Assembly: GCA_964016885.1 (NCBI GenBank)
Contig: OZ024743.1
Span: 24,614,001-24,678,000, forward strand
Reading direction: 5' to 3'
Length of the DNA: 64,000 nt
Source of the DNA: Eledone cirrhosa
Lineage: Eukaryota
The notes below the pieces were generated by a model that was given only the letters and a program-made list of their open reading frames with translations, was not told where the DNA came from and searched no databases. The position numbers and the translations under genes are program-made. This document shows, piece by piece, positions 26,784 to 40,590 of this stretch. The stretch's first letter is position 1. The number at the start of each line of letters is the position of its first letter.

Positions 26784-28312
26784 CGATAATGGTGGAAGTT
26801 GTAGGATAGAACCAAGACTGGGGTGTTGTAGTTGTTATGTTAGGGTGTGTGGGCGATAATGGTGGAAGTTGTAGGATAGAACCAAGACTGGGGTGTTGTA
26901 GTTGTTATGTTAGGGTGTGTGGGCGATAATGGTGGAAGTTGTAGGATAGAACCAAGACTGGGGTGTTGTAGTTGTTATGTTAGGGTGTGTGGGCGATAAT
27001 GGTGGAAGTTGTAGGATAGAACCAAGACTGGGGTGTTGTAGTTGTTATGTTAGGGTGTGTGGGCGATAATGGTGGAAGTTGTAGGATAGAACCAAGACTG
27101 GGTGTTGTAGTTGTTATGTTAGGGTGTGTGGGCGATAATGGTGGAAGTTGTAGGATAGAACCAAGACTGGGTGTTGTAGTTGTTATGTTAGGGTGTGTGG
27201 GCGATAATGGTGGAACTAGTAGGATAGAACCAAGACTGGGGTGTTGTAGTTGTTATGTTAGGGTGTGTGGGCGATAATGGTGGAACTAGTAGGATAGAAC
27301 CAAGACTGGGGTGTTGTAGTTGTTATGTTAGGGTGTGTGGGCGATAATGGTGGAACTAGTAGGATAGAACCAAGACTGGGTGTTGTAGTTGTTATGTTAG
27401 GGTGTGTGGGCGATAATGGTGGAAGTTGTGGGATAGAACCAAGACTGGGGTGTTGTAGTTGTTATGTTAGGGTGTGTGGGCGATAATGGTGGAACTAGTA
27501 GGATAGAACCAAGACTGGGTGTTGTAGTTGTTATGTTAGGGTGTGTGGGCGATAATGGTGGAAGTTGTGGGATAGAACCAAGACTGGGGTGTTGTAGTTG
27601 TTATGTTAGGGTGTGTGGGCGATAATGGTGGAACTAGTAGGATAGAACCAAGACTGGGTGTTGTAGTTGTTATGTTAGGGTGTGTGGGTGATAATGGTGG
27701 AAGTTGTGGGATAGAACCAAGACTGGGGTGTTGTAGTTGTTATGTTAGGGTGTGTGGGCGATAATGGTGGAAGTTGTGGGATAGAACCAAGACTGGGTGT
27801 TGTAGTTGTTATGTTAGGGTGTGTGGGCGATAATGGTGGAACTAGTAGGATAGAACCAAGACTGGGGTGTTGTAGTTGTTATGTTAGGGTGTGTGGGCGA
27901 TAATGGTGGAAGTTGTAGGATAGAACCAAGACTGGGGTGTTGTAGTTGTTATGTTAGGGTGTGTGGGCGATAATGGTGGAAGTTGTAGGATAGAACCAAG
28001 ACTGGGGTGTTGTAGTTGTTATGTTAGGGTGTGTGGGCGATAATGGTGGAACTAGTAGGATAGAACCAAGACTGGGGTGTTGTAGTTGTTATGTTAGGGT
28101 GTGTGGGCGATAATGGTGGAACTAGTAGGATAGAACCAAGACTGGGGTGTTGTAGTTGTTATGTTAGTGTGTGTGGGCGATAATGGTGGAACTAGTAGGA
28201 TAGAACCAAGACTGGGGTGTTGTAGTTGTTATGTTAGGGTGTGTGGGCGATAATGGTGGAACTAGTAGGATAGAACCAAGACTGGGGTGTTGTAGTTGTT
28301 ATGTTAGTGTTG
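26784..28312 (+). repeat. 70-bp G-rich minisatellite, about 22 copies
   Basis: cgataatggtggaagttgtaggatagaaccaagactggggtgttgtagttgttatgttagggtgtgtggg; period 70, with 69-bp variants. Confidence 0.97.
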
Positions 28313-28631
28313 TGGGGAGGTCAACTTAGAAACCAATTGACGAAATACAAGATACAATACATAAAAACAAACCAAGAGAAAATTTATGAAAGATGAAGAA
28401 AAAATGCCAACAATTTTAGAGGGTTAATGAAGAAAGAGAAGGACTTTTTAAATTAATTTATTAATTTATTTATTATTTATTTTGGTCTGTTCTGGTTCTT
28501 TGCTGTTTTGTTAAATTTTCGATATTTATGTTTTGGTTATGTTTATTGATTTCATATTGATGGGTGACGAGGATTGTGATGATGATGATGATGATTATCA
28601 TTAATGATATTATTATCTGACAGTATCAAAT

Positions 28632-28800
28632 GCCAGTATCGGATGCCATGCTTTCCAGCATAGAGTTACGTCCCTTTACGGTCTGAGTTCAAATCCTGCC
28701 GAGGTTAACTTTGCCTTTCATCCTTACGGAGTCGATAAATAAAGTACCACTAATGCACTGGAGTGATTGCTGGCCTTGTGCCAAAAGTAGAAACAATTAT
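28632..28800 (+). mobile_element. Nin-like SINE
   Basis: B-box GAGTTCAAATCC, core and tail present. Confidence 0.8.
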
Positions 28801-29019
28801 TATTATCATTATCCGGAGAAGGATAAGAGGTTGATGGTGATAATAATGATGATGATGATAATGACGATAATGTTAATGATCACGATAGTGTTGGGGGCAG
28901 AGGTGGCTGTAGTGGGGGAGGGTGGATTGTGGTGATCGCTGTGGTAGTCATGAGGGTGTTGTTGATGTGGAGATGTGATGAACAAAGCAAAATAAAGGCT
29001 GAGAAATATAGAAAAAGAG

Positions 29020-29175
29020 CGAGGTAGAGCCGCTCTTTCTCCGAATTGAGAGATCACAGCTCCTACACTATAGTTACAATGTCTCAAGAAAGTATGGCTG
29101 GACAGATTTTACGGGCAAAACCAACCGGCGGGAGACCGCTGGTTAGACAGCGAGCAAGATGGTTGGGTAAAATCA
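29020..29175 (+). mobile_element. RTE LINE fragment
   Basis: Homologous to 8630-8790. Confidence 0.6.
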
Positions 29176-29454
29176 CGTGATAATTCTCCCATTTGTAATT
29201 ATCGCTGGTAACGGATTACTCAAAATAATTTTTTCTTGGATTCAGAAGTTCCCTGAGAAGATGTGAAGTCTCACAGTGGAGAATATCCTAAATTATTAGA
29301 ATATTTAAAGCTGCCATTACACAGCGAATCTGCAGTCGGGACATCGAAGTAAATTGGTACACTTTTATTTTATCTTGTTTATTCTTCCCCCCCCCCCCTA
29401 TATATATATATATGCATGTATATGTACGCACACACATACATATATATATATACA

Positions 29455-29506
<52 letters not shown>

Positions 29507-29604
29507 TGAGAGAATCGTTTTTGCTGAATATATCGAATAATGTACACCATTTTTACCAGTATCACAAAAATACTGGTCCACCCACACACACACACACACA
29601 CACA

Positions 29605-29647
<43 letters not shown>

Positions 29648-30157
29648 TTGTCTTAAAAGACTTATTTTTCAGTGACTTCTCAATCAGGCGAAAAAAGACA
29701 CTCTTCGACATTTGGCGCAAAATCAATTTTTAACATTCACGTGACCTCTACCGACCAATCAAAATTGTTTTGACCACAAGAATTTTTACAACACGAATTG
29801 GCGCGAAACTTTTAATACCTCTGGACCCACTTTTTTCACATAAAACAGGTAGAATTTCCAAAACTGATAAAGATTAGAGCAAACATCACGGGCGCTCTAT
29901 CTCAAAATTATTTTTGAAAAACATTAGAAATGCGCAACCGGTAAAAACTTAAAACCAAAACTGAATACTAACCAATACTTATTACTAATTTTCACTTATT
30001 CCTAATTAAATTATTTTTCACTGGGAACAATTTGTCAGCATTTTCTTTTCCTTTTACCAATATATATATATATATATATAACAAAGGAATTGTGGTAAGG
30101 AACCAGATGGACCATAACGCACCAGAGTACTCAATACTTAGGGTAGTAGAGTGGGAA

Positions 30158-30240
30158 ATAGGAAAAAGTATGACCCCGACTGCGTCCAGAAATAGCCGTC
30201 GAATCGGCTTGAGCTCTGCCGTCGGGGTCATACTTTTTCC

Positions 30241-30243
<3 letters not shown>
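30158..30243. repeat. Inverted repeat, 23-bp perfect arms
   Basis: ataggaaaaagtatgaccccgac / gtcggggtcatactttttcctat with an inner hairpin agccg..cggct; ends at (TA)n. Confidence 0.9.
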
Positions 30244-30279
<36 letters not shown>

Positions 30280-30919
30280 ATATGTATCGCTAGATGTATG
30301 GATGTAAGTTGTTCAGATTTCCTTTTACATCTTTAAAAACAAGTGTATGAAACCAACTGGCATACCTGCTTGTATAAATTGCTTCTAGAAAATGTGACAA
30401 AATCCTATATAAAGCCCTAAAGCATACAACGATATCAACGATTAGAATAAGCATTTAGCCATCGTACCTAAGCTAGACGACCGCACACAACGCCTCTATA
30501 CATGCAAACCGTACGTTGCCTCGAAGGATCCATAAAAAAATCCTAGCTATAAGCAAATAAACCTGATGAAAAAGGAAATTAGTATAGTGAGCTTGAGAAA
30601 ATTACATGCCACCATTTTATGAATCGGATCAACCTCCAACCAAACTCAAGAGACATACAGCAGTACTAGCATTGAGTCAATCAGTTTCATGGATTACAAA
30701 CCTAAATGCAAATCTATGCAGTTTCATAGATTAAATTGCGGCAATTGTTTCACCACAATTACATAGTTCGATATTGGTATTATGATAAAGGCCAGGAAAT
30801 GACTGTTATTTTACAAGAGATCCTACTGGATCAAAAGAAAAACAGTAAAGGTCGTTTTAACGTAGTAATGGGTAGATACTCCAGAACAGGAACAGCTGAC
30901 TTTTAGGTCTTAAACAGTT

Positions 30920-30960
<41 letters not shown>

Positions 30961-31095
30961 CGAGTTAAACAAGATTCAATGATTACATCAAAGAGTGAGT
31001 TTTACAGTAGATTGGAAGCACTCTATGGAAAATAATTTTCCAGAGTTATTAATATTAAAATACAAATATTAATAAAATAGATGTTCTTTTTATCA

Positions 31096-31158
31096 ATTAC
31101 ATTTTATTATACATATTTCGGATGTACAACAGTACGTCCTCATCAGACAAAATATAAT
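31096..31158 (-). ncRNA. Type I hammerhead ribozyme
   Basis: Minus strand reads attatattttgt-CTGATGA-ggacgtac(tgtt)gtacatcc-GAAA-tatgta-TA-ataaaatgtaat. Stem I is 12 bp (2 GU), stem II is 7 of 8 bp, stem III is minimal, and the cleavage triplet is AUA. Confidence 0.8.
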
Positions 31159-31510
31159 GATATATGACATACCCTGAGTACCTTGATTAAATCTTAACCA
31201 TTTAAATATATATATATATATATAAAGGGTAAAGATATACATACATATATATAGAGAGAGAGGGGAAGACAAATATTAAAAAACGAAATTGAATTCTACT
31301 GAAAAAAATGTTTCAGATAGATTGAGAGAGCGACACTAAGAGAAAGAATGTGTGTTTGTGTCACTGAGAGAGGAGGGGGACAAAGAGAAAGTGAGTGAGT
31401 AAGGAAATGATCTAGAGGGGATTTCTACTTGGTTTTGAACAAAACTGGTTGTATAAGGATGGAGGTGTGGTAGTGTTGGTGGAGGAGGGCTAGCGGTATG
31501 AGGGCAGTAA

Positions 31511-31695
31511 TAATTGTTTCTACTTTAGGCACAAGGCCAGCAATTACCAGTGCATTACTGGTACTTTATTTTATCGACCCCGTAAGGATGAAAGGCAAAG
31601 TTAACCTCGGCGGGATTTGAACTCAGATCGTAAAGGGACGTAACTATGCTGGAAAGCATGGCGTCCGACCCTCTACCGATACTGCCAATCCACCG
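31511..31695 (-). mobile_element. Nin-like SINE, near-consensus copy
   Basis: Full length, with A/B boxes on the minus strand. Confidence 0.85.
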
Positions 31696-31934
31696 TTGTT
31701 ACTGCTATTGTTGTTCTTTTTGTCATTGTTGATGGTGATGGTGGTGGTGGTGGGGAGGGAGTAGGCATCGTAATGTGGGTGCTGATGGTCGTGAATAAAC
31801 AGTGATATAACAGTGTGTGGTGGTAGGGCAGCTTGACTGGTGTATGTTGGTGTTGGTGGGGTGAGGGGGTTGCTGGGATGGTGTAGGCGGTGTTGGGGGT
31901 GTTAGTTTAGTTATAGTGCTAATGATGACGAGTT

Positions 31935-31958
31935 TATGTTGTTGTTGTTGTTGTGGTG

Positions 31959-31991
<33 letters not shown>

Positions 31992-32051
31992 CTAATGGTG
32001 GTGGTGGTGGTGGTGGTAGTAGTAGTAGTAGTAGTACTAATGGTGGTGGTG

Positions 32052-32084
<33 letters not shown>

Positions 32085-32837
32085 ATGGTAGTGGCGGCGG
32101 TGGTGGTGGCGGTGGTGGTGGTGGTGGTAGTAGTAGTAGTAATAGTAGTTGTGGCGGTGGTGGTAGTGGTGGTAGTAGTAGTAGTAGCCATGGTGATGGT
32201 GTGGTAGTGGGAATGCTGGTGGGGTTGCTGGTTGTGTTCTGGAGAGAGTGTAGCAGCGATTAACGAGGATTTGAAAATATCGTATGGTTGCGGGGGTTAG
32301 GGTGGGATGAAAAGTGAAAAGGATATGAGGTGGGGGGGGGTAATGATTGAGGGAAGGGGGTGGGAGTTTGAACGGGTATCGATGATCAGGAGATGAATGG
32401 GAAGCAGTAATCGAGGAGTTAGACATTTAAAGCGAGGATCAAGCAATAGCACAAGAGTTAACAATAACAATGATAATAAAGAAATACATGAATAAAGGAA
32501 AAAAAGAGATAGTGGAGGGGGGGGGGGTGAGGAGAGGAAAGAGTTGGATGGGTTAGGGGAGAGAGGGGGTAGAGGAGGAAGGAGGAGTATATTGAACGAA
32601 GAGAAATATCTGATAAATAGGAGGTATGTAGGGTAGATAGATGTGTGTGAGTTAGAAAACATGAGTATGTGTATTTAGGTATATGTATACATGTATGTAT
32701 GTATGTATGTATGTATGTATGTATGTATGTTTGTATGTATGTATGTATGTATGTATGTTTGTATGTATGTATGTTTGTATGTATGTATGTTTGTATGTAT
32801 GTATGTATGTATGTATGTATGTATGTATGTTTGTATG

Positions 32838-32868
<31 letters not shown>

Positions 32869-32946
32869 GTGTGTATGTGTGTGTGTGTGTGCATGAATGT
32901 ATGAATGTATGCAGGTATATGAATATATATATATATATACACACAC

Positions 32947-33012
<66 letters not shown>

Positions 33013-33175
33013 ATATATATACATATGGATGTATATATATATATATACACACATGTATATATATATATAATATAATATATATATATATATATGAATGTAT
33101 ATATATATATACACACACACACATGTATATATATATATATATATATGATTGTATATACATATATATATATGAATG

Positions 33176-33268
<93 letters not shown>

Positions 33269-33723
33269 ATATATATATATGTGTGTGTGTGTGTCTATAT
33301 TTATCGTCACATTTCCACACGAACGAGTATGTGTGAATGTGCGTGTTTAAGAACATGTTTTTGCCTGTTGTCATGCAGGCGTGTGAGTGTATGTGTGTGT
33401 GTACGAATATATGTAATTGTGATTCGCCTTATAAGGCTGAGAGTAATGATGATGGTTAGGGCGGCGGCGTGGTGGCGGTGGTGGTGGTGAACGGCAGGTG
33501 GGAGGTTCACAATGTGTGTGTGTGTATGTATATCTGTACGTGTGTATGATCTAGAGTGTGGGGGGGGGGTCGGTTCAAGTTAAAAATTGAGAAGAGAGGC
33601 GCGAATATTGCTTGACAGATTCACAAAAGACGAACAAATTTATTGTAATGTTCCATAATGTTGGTTGTTGCGGTACATATGTATATATGTATGAATGTAT
33701 GTAAGTATGTATGTAAGTATATG

Positions 33724-33819
<96 letters not shown>

Positions 33820-33895
33820 TATATACACATATATATATATATATGTGCGGATATGTGTGTAAGTGTTTGAGTGTGTGTATGTAAATACGTATATA

Positions 33896-33988
<93 letters not shown>

Positions 33989-33999
33989 CTGTAGATATA

Positions 34000-34065
<66 letters not shown>

Positions 34066-34097
34066 CATAGACATATATATATGTACAGACATACACA

Positions 34098-34159
<62 letters not shown>

Positions 34160-35465
34160 CATACATACATATGCATTGTGGTGACATATGGATGCATTGC
34201 ATACATATATGATATAGCCATACATATATTTTTATATAGATATATATCCGTGCGAGTGTATATACTTTTATATGTCCGTGTTAATATTATAGTTGTAGTA
34301 GTCGTGTGTATTATATCTTGTTGTTTGTTGTTTAAGAAAGATGAGGAAGCTATGTGATGGTGGAGGTGAGATGGAGTGGTGTTCGTTGAAAGCCGACAAC
34401 GAACACTTCTAATCTGTTCTATTTCACGGCGGGCTGACTTCACCCGAACAGACTCTGGTGCTTGTAGTTAGGTGATTCCAATGACTTCTTTATACTCACT
34501 GACAAGTGCTTAGCAACATGACAACGGGGGGGGGGGCATTTTTTTTTTTTTTTGGTGTCGTTGTTGGTGTTGGTGCTGATGTGGTTGGTGTGGTTGTGGT
34601 GGCGGTGAAGGTAGTGATGTTTTCATGTTGGCTGTTGTTGGTGGAGGTGATTGTTGTGACTGTGTTTGTGGTGGTGATTTTTTAGGTGTTGGTGTTGGTG
34701 TTGGTGTTGGTGTTGGTGTTGGTGTTGGTGTTGGTGTTGGTGTTGGTGTAGATGTAGATGTGATTGTAGGACGGGGTTTGGTGGTGGGTTATTATTATTA
34801 TTATTTTTTTATTTTTGATGTTGGTGTTTGTGTTGATGTGATTATGGTGACGATGTTGGTGGTGGGTTTTTGGGTGTTGGTGGTGTTGGCGGTGTTGGTT
34901 GTTGTGACTGTGTTGGTGGTCGTGTAATTGTATTGTTGTTGTAGATGTTGTTGTTGTTGTTGTTGTTGTTGTAGTAGTTGTTGTTGATAGTGGCGATGTT
35001 GTTGGTGGAGATGTTGTTGTTGTTGTTGGTGGTGGTGGAGGTGGTGATGTTGTTGTTGTTGTTGTTGGTGGTGGTGATGGTGGTCGTTTCCCTCGTGGTG
35101 GTGTTGTTAGTGGTGTTGATTGTGGTGACAATATTGATATTAGAGGCTATTTTGGTGGAAGGGATGTTGGCTTGCGGTAATTGTACTGACGGTGTTGGTG
35201 ATGATGGTGATGGTAATGGTGTTGGTGATGGTGATGGTGTTGGTGATGGTGTTCGTGATGGTGTTGGTGTTGGTGTTGGTGTTGGTGTTGGTGTTGGTGA
35301 TGGTGTTGGTGCTGAATTTTTAGAAGAAGAAGAAGAAGGAATCACATACTTCCACACAAAAACTATGGATGCACAAACACACACACGTATGAATACTCAC
35401 ACAAACACATACCATACACAAAGACACGCACATACATACACACATACATGTGTGTATGTATATAC

Positions 35466-35520
<55 letters not shown>

Positions 35521-35583
35521 CACTTATATATATACATAGATATATATGTACAGATATATACATATATATATATACATACATAA

Positions 35584-35621
<38 letters not shown>

Positions 35622-35771
35622 ATGTATGTATATATACATACACATATATATATGTATATATAATATATATGTTGTATGTATAATATATATGTGCGTGTGT
35701 ATATATATATAAAGATACGCATGTGCTCATTTGGCATAATGGCTGATAAATACATCATATAATGGTGAATG

Positions 35772-35806
<35 letters not shown>

Positions 35807-36278
35807 CCATGTGTGTGAGAGTGTGTGTGAGTACACGCATGCATAAGCGGGTTATAGTTAGTGAGGATCAGTCGATAAAAGAGTTATAATATTGAGGACC
35901 TCTAAATGAATTCTACATTTGACCATTGAAGAGGTAATGATTAGGTGATTTCTAAACACATACACTCACACAAACACACGCACACATACACACATACACA
36001 CACACATACACATACACACACGCATACACACAAACACACACACACACACATACACACACAAACACACACACATACACACACACAGATACACACATACATA
36101 CACACATACACACATACACACAAACACAAACACACATACACACACAAACAGAAACACACAAACATACACATACATGCATATATAAATACATACGGGCATG
36201 CATATACAAACACGCGCATAGTAACTAAGTAACTAAAGTACACATACCTATATATATATGTGTGTGTGTGTATATATG

Positions 36279-36327
<49 letters not shown>

Positions 36328-36343
36328 GTATATCTATATATAT

Positions 36344-36420
<77 letters not shown>

Positions 36421-36425
36421 TATAC

Positions 36426-36485
<60 letters not shown>

Positions 36486-36761
36486 ACATATATATGTATA
36501 TATATATACACATATATATATATAAAAACACATATATATATATGTACATATACACATGTAAATACATGCTCATGAATATGTGGGGTTAGTTGCATTCACA
36601 TACAAAGAATATCAGGGTGTGAGTGTTTCTAAGTGTATGTGTGTGTGGGTGTATGTGTGTATAATTGTGTATATGTTTATATATATATTCATAGATATGT
36701 ATATACAGTGATGCGTACATACACACTCATATATATATATGTGTGTGTGTGTGTATGTGTG

Positions 36762-36827
<66 letters not shown>

Positions 36828-37429
36828 TATATGTGTGTGTATGTGTGTGTAACGTATACATGTGTGTGTTTGAGGGTGTGTACATGTATATGTTCTTATG
36901 CGATCATATATGCATGTATTCATGCATAAAACTCTAAAGGCTTGCTTGCCCGATCCTTAACATAGGCAAATACATTCACGCAAGACAACAAATACATGCA
37001 CACACACACACACACAGATACACACACACACACATACAGATACACACACACACAGATACACACACACAGATACACACACACATACACGCACAAACACACA
37101 AACAACCCCCCACACACACATTCAGATAAAAATGTCGGATAGACAGAGATGGAGAGGGAGAGAGGGAGAACAGTTATGCGGGGTCAATGAAATCTCTACT
37201 TAACAGAAGATGCTCCATAAAAGGAAGCATTCATTTATCCAATTTCTATGCAATTCATTGATGAATTAATGTTTCCTTCCTTTGTTTCCTTCTTTGTATC
37301 CTTCTTTCCTTCTTGCTTTCTTTCTTTTCTTCTATCTTTCTTTTCGTCTCTCCCCACCCCCCAACTTGGCACCAACTTATCTCCGCTAGCAACCACTTCA
37401 ATGTATATTTTACTCCTTTTTCTTTATAC

Positions 37430-37461
<32 letters not shown>

Positions 37462-37547
37462 GAATTTGTGTGTATATATATATATCTGTGTGTGTATATA
37501 TATATATATATATACACAGATATATATATATATATATATATATTTGA

Positions 37548-37618
<71 letters not shown>

Positions 37619-37720
37619 TATATATATATATACACAGATATATATATATATAAAAATTTGAGTATATATATATATAAAGTATGCATGTATTTATGTATGT
37701 ATATATATGAGTTTCCATCA
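31935..37720. repeat. Large microsatellite field (GGT/AGT, TATG, TA, TG, GGTGTT, CA) with short unique islands
   Basis: Direct reading. Confidence 0.9.
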
Positions 37721-37989
37721 TTTTATCTAAGTTTCTATGTATCTATCTACCTATCAATCTATATATCTAACTTTCAATTTATCTATGTAGCTACATATCT
37801 ATCTATCTATCTATCTATCTATCATTCTATCTATCATTCTATATCTATCTATCTATCTATCTATCATTCTATATATCTATCTATCTATCTATCTACCTAT
37901 CTATCTATCTATCTATCTATCTACCTATATATCTATCTATCTATCTATCATTCTATATATCTATCTATCTATCTATCTATCTACCTATA

Positions 37990-38084
37990 TTTTTATATTG
38001 TGTTATTGCCTCCTCCTTATTGAGGACGCCTTTTTATGTAAACTCCCACTCTTTGATGCCCTGGTGGCAAATAAAAAGAAAGTT
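37990..38084 (+). mobile_element. Third Tx1-like LINE 3' end inside a (TCTA)n tract
   Basis: ttattgcctcctccttattgaggacgcc..gtaaactccc..tttgatgccctggtggcaaataaaaagaaa matches the reverse complement of 14185-14290. (TCTA)n lies on both sides. Confidence 0.85.
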
Positions 38085-38703
38085 ATCTATCTATCTATCT
38101 ATCATTCTATCTATAGTCCAGTCTATCAGTTTGTGTATCTATATATCTATCTATATAACTCTTTATCTACACTCTCTGCCACTGTTCTTTAATACATTCA
38201 TCTCTCCCAATCCCTCTTCTCTCCTATCTTTACTTCTCTCATCCGTTGATTTCCCTATATATCTATCCCTCTCTTTATTTCCTTCCCCTCTTTCCCTTTC
38301 TATTCCCCGTTATACATATCTACTTTCTGAATCTCTCTTTCTATTTGCACAGATTATATATATATATATATACACACATATATCTATACATATACAGGCA
38401 TATATGCACACAGACACACATACATAAAATCACAAACTCACACACACACACACCTATAATTATACATACATTATATATATGTGTGGGTAGGTGTGTGTGT
38501 GTGTGTGTGTGTGTGCGTGTGGCCTCAACAGGAGTAGAGCTGTTTCATTCGAAAGAAATCACAGGGCTTTCCTGGTGATTTCTTTCGAAAGAAAGTTCTA
38601 GTACTGCGGAAGTCATTTTTATATTAAATTTTGTATATACTCTATATACTCTAACATATTGAGTACTTCACTTACCCCAATTGAACCCGGGACTCACACA
38701 CAC

Positions 38704-38735
<32 letters not shown>

Positions 38736-39139
38736 AGTGTTTAGAAATGTAAGAGAAACACAAACAAAAGACAATTCCCCACTTCAGTTGTCTACTGTGG
38801 GTCTCGGATGTTTCGACGCAAAGCAACCGGAAATAAATACGCTATTAATATAATCCATGCGACCCGAGCACCCTCAGATCAACCTATTAACCCAAACTGC
38901 AACTGAAGGACTAAAACAAACTGCCCATTTAAAGGAAATTATCTAATTACCGGTGTGGTCTATCAATACAAGCTAATTACGGAAGGAAAAATACAAGTAT
39001 ACATAAGAGCAACAGCCAATTCCTTAAAAAAAAAAACAGATTATTCCCACACATACTCTTTCAAGCATAGTAAATTAGCCAGTACAATCTCATTAGCCGA
39101 GGCAATTAACAAATATAACCTCAAACATATTAAATATAA

Positions 39140-39340
39140 CTTGGTTTCTGATCTAGGCATAATGTCAGCAATTGTGGGAGAGAGGTAAGTCGATTAAATC
39201 GACCCCAGTGCATTACTGGTACTTTATTTTATCGACCCGTAAGGATGAAAGGCAAAGTTAACCTCGGCAGAATCTGAACACAGAACCTAAAGTGTCGTAA
39301 CTCTATGCCTCAAAGCATGGTGTCCGACGCTTTGACCGCT
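39140..39340 (-). mobile_element. Nin-like SINE
   Basis: Core motif and tail present. Confidence 0.75.
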
Positions 39341-39959
39341 AAACAACCACTTCTTAACAAAAAGCAAGAACTAACAATCTTTTGTAACCACAAAATCCTA
39401 AGAACGATTAAATTCTACAAACCAGAATAGCCTCTAGCTAATAACACTTATATCACTTCTTTCATAATCATACAGACACATATAACCTCTCCTGGGGTTG
39501 GACCACACAAGCGAGACAAATAAGGTATCGGAAAACCTAAACCAGGACCACTGTAAGTCAAATATTAGTATGGACTTCCCTATATATACATGTCCTTTTA
39601 TCCATCTTACCCGGTACGCTATATCCTAAGTCTCATGTTTTGCCTTTGCTTCACCTACGCCTATATGACAATAACACGATTTCAATTATGCAACCCACCA
39701 ACTTTCATGGTTTACACTTAACCTTCCGGTCTGTACACACAGACCAACTGAGCGGCTCAGACGGACGGCATAACAAGTAGCGAATTAACTAGTACATAAT
39801 GTATGCAAAAACGTACATAAGCATATTAGAGTACGGCAGCCCTAGCACGAGCACTGATTTACTTGGGATACTACACCTTCTTCCGGTGTGATTTAATATG
39901 TGTGGAAATATACACTGACATGCACAGGAGGACGCACATATTTACTTTCAATTTACGAT

Positions 39960-40590
39960 AATTTAACAAATAATGAATGTACATAAATCAAGACTATGAA
40001 TCCTTCAATCATATCGACAATTGTGTGCATTTGACAATCTATGTTGGAACCTATATGCCCGTGTGCACCAGGATGTACCTAGATGACCGTCTGCCGAACT
40101 AGACACAAGAAACGAACTACCTGTCCGGCTGCCAAAAGCACAGAATTGGCAGCGGTTTTTCCCGTTGAAATTGTGCATGCCATACATGTCTGCATACATC
40201 TGAATATCTTGAAAATGTTCAGTCTTCAGTTTATTCCCAGGGTACAAATAGTGGATTGCGCCTTCCTCACTGCTGTTTTTTTTTTTAGATTGTGTAATGA
40301 GGAATTATACAGATTTGCTTTGTGGGTGTTATGCAAGAACCTTCTAATTCATACTTAATTATATTTATAGAACCAGTCTTGTTATTTCCAATCCATCCGA
40401 GGTGATGAATAACTCTGAAGCTTTCAGCTTAAGAACTAAAGAGTTACAAAAGTCTTGGTTCATTATAAGGGCTGATGGTTTAAAGCGATTGAGCCTCTTG
40501 GTGACTGCTGCTCTTATGTATCGTAAAGAGTAAGCTTACAAACTGGCCTTTTCGGGTATCACGCGATGGTCAGTCCAACGCAGTGTCCAC
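39960..40590 (-). pseudogene. Degenerate LINE RT downstream region
   Basis: Frameshifted traces (VDTA.., LDGLEI..YKY-like, MYGM) in RT thumb order. Confidence 0.3.

Noticed and set aside
30563-30590. CTGATGA...GAAA hammerhead-like match
   Set aside because: No stem II and no flanking stem I.
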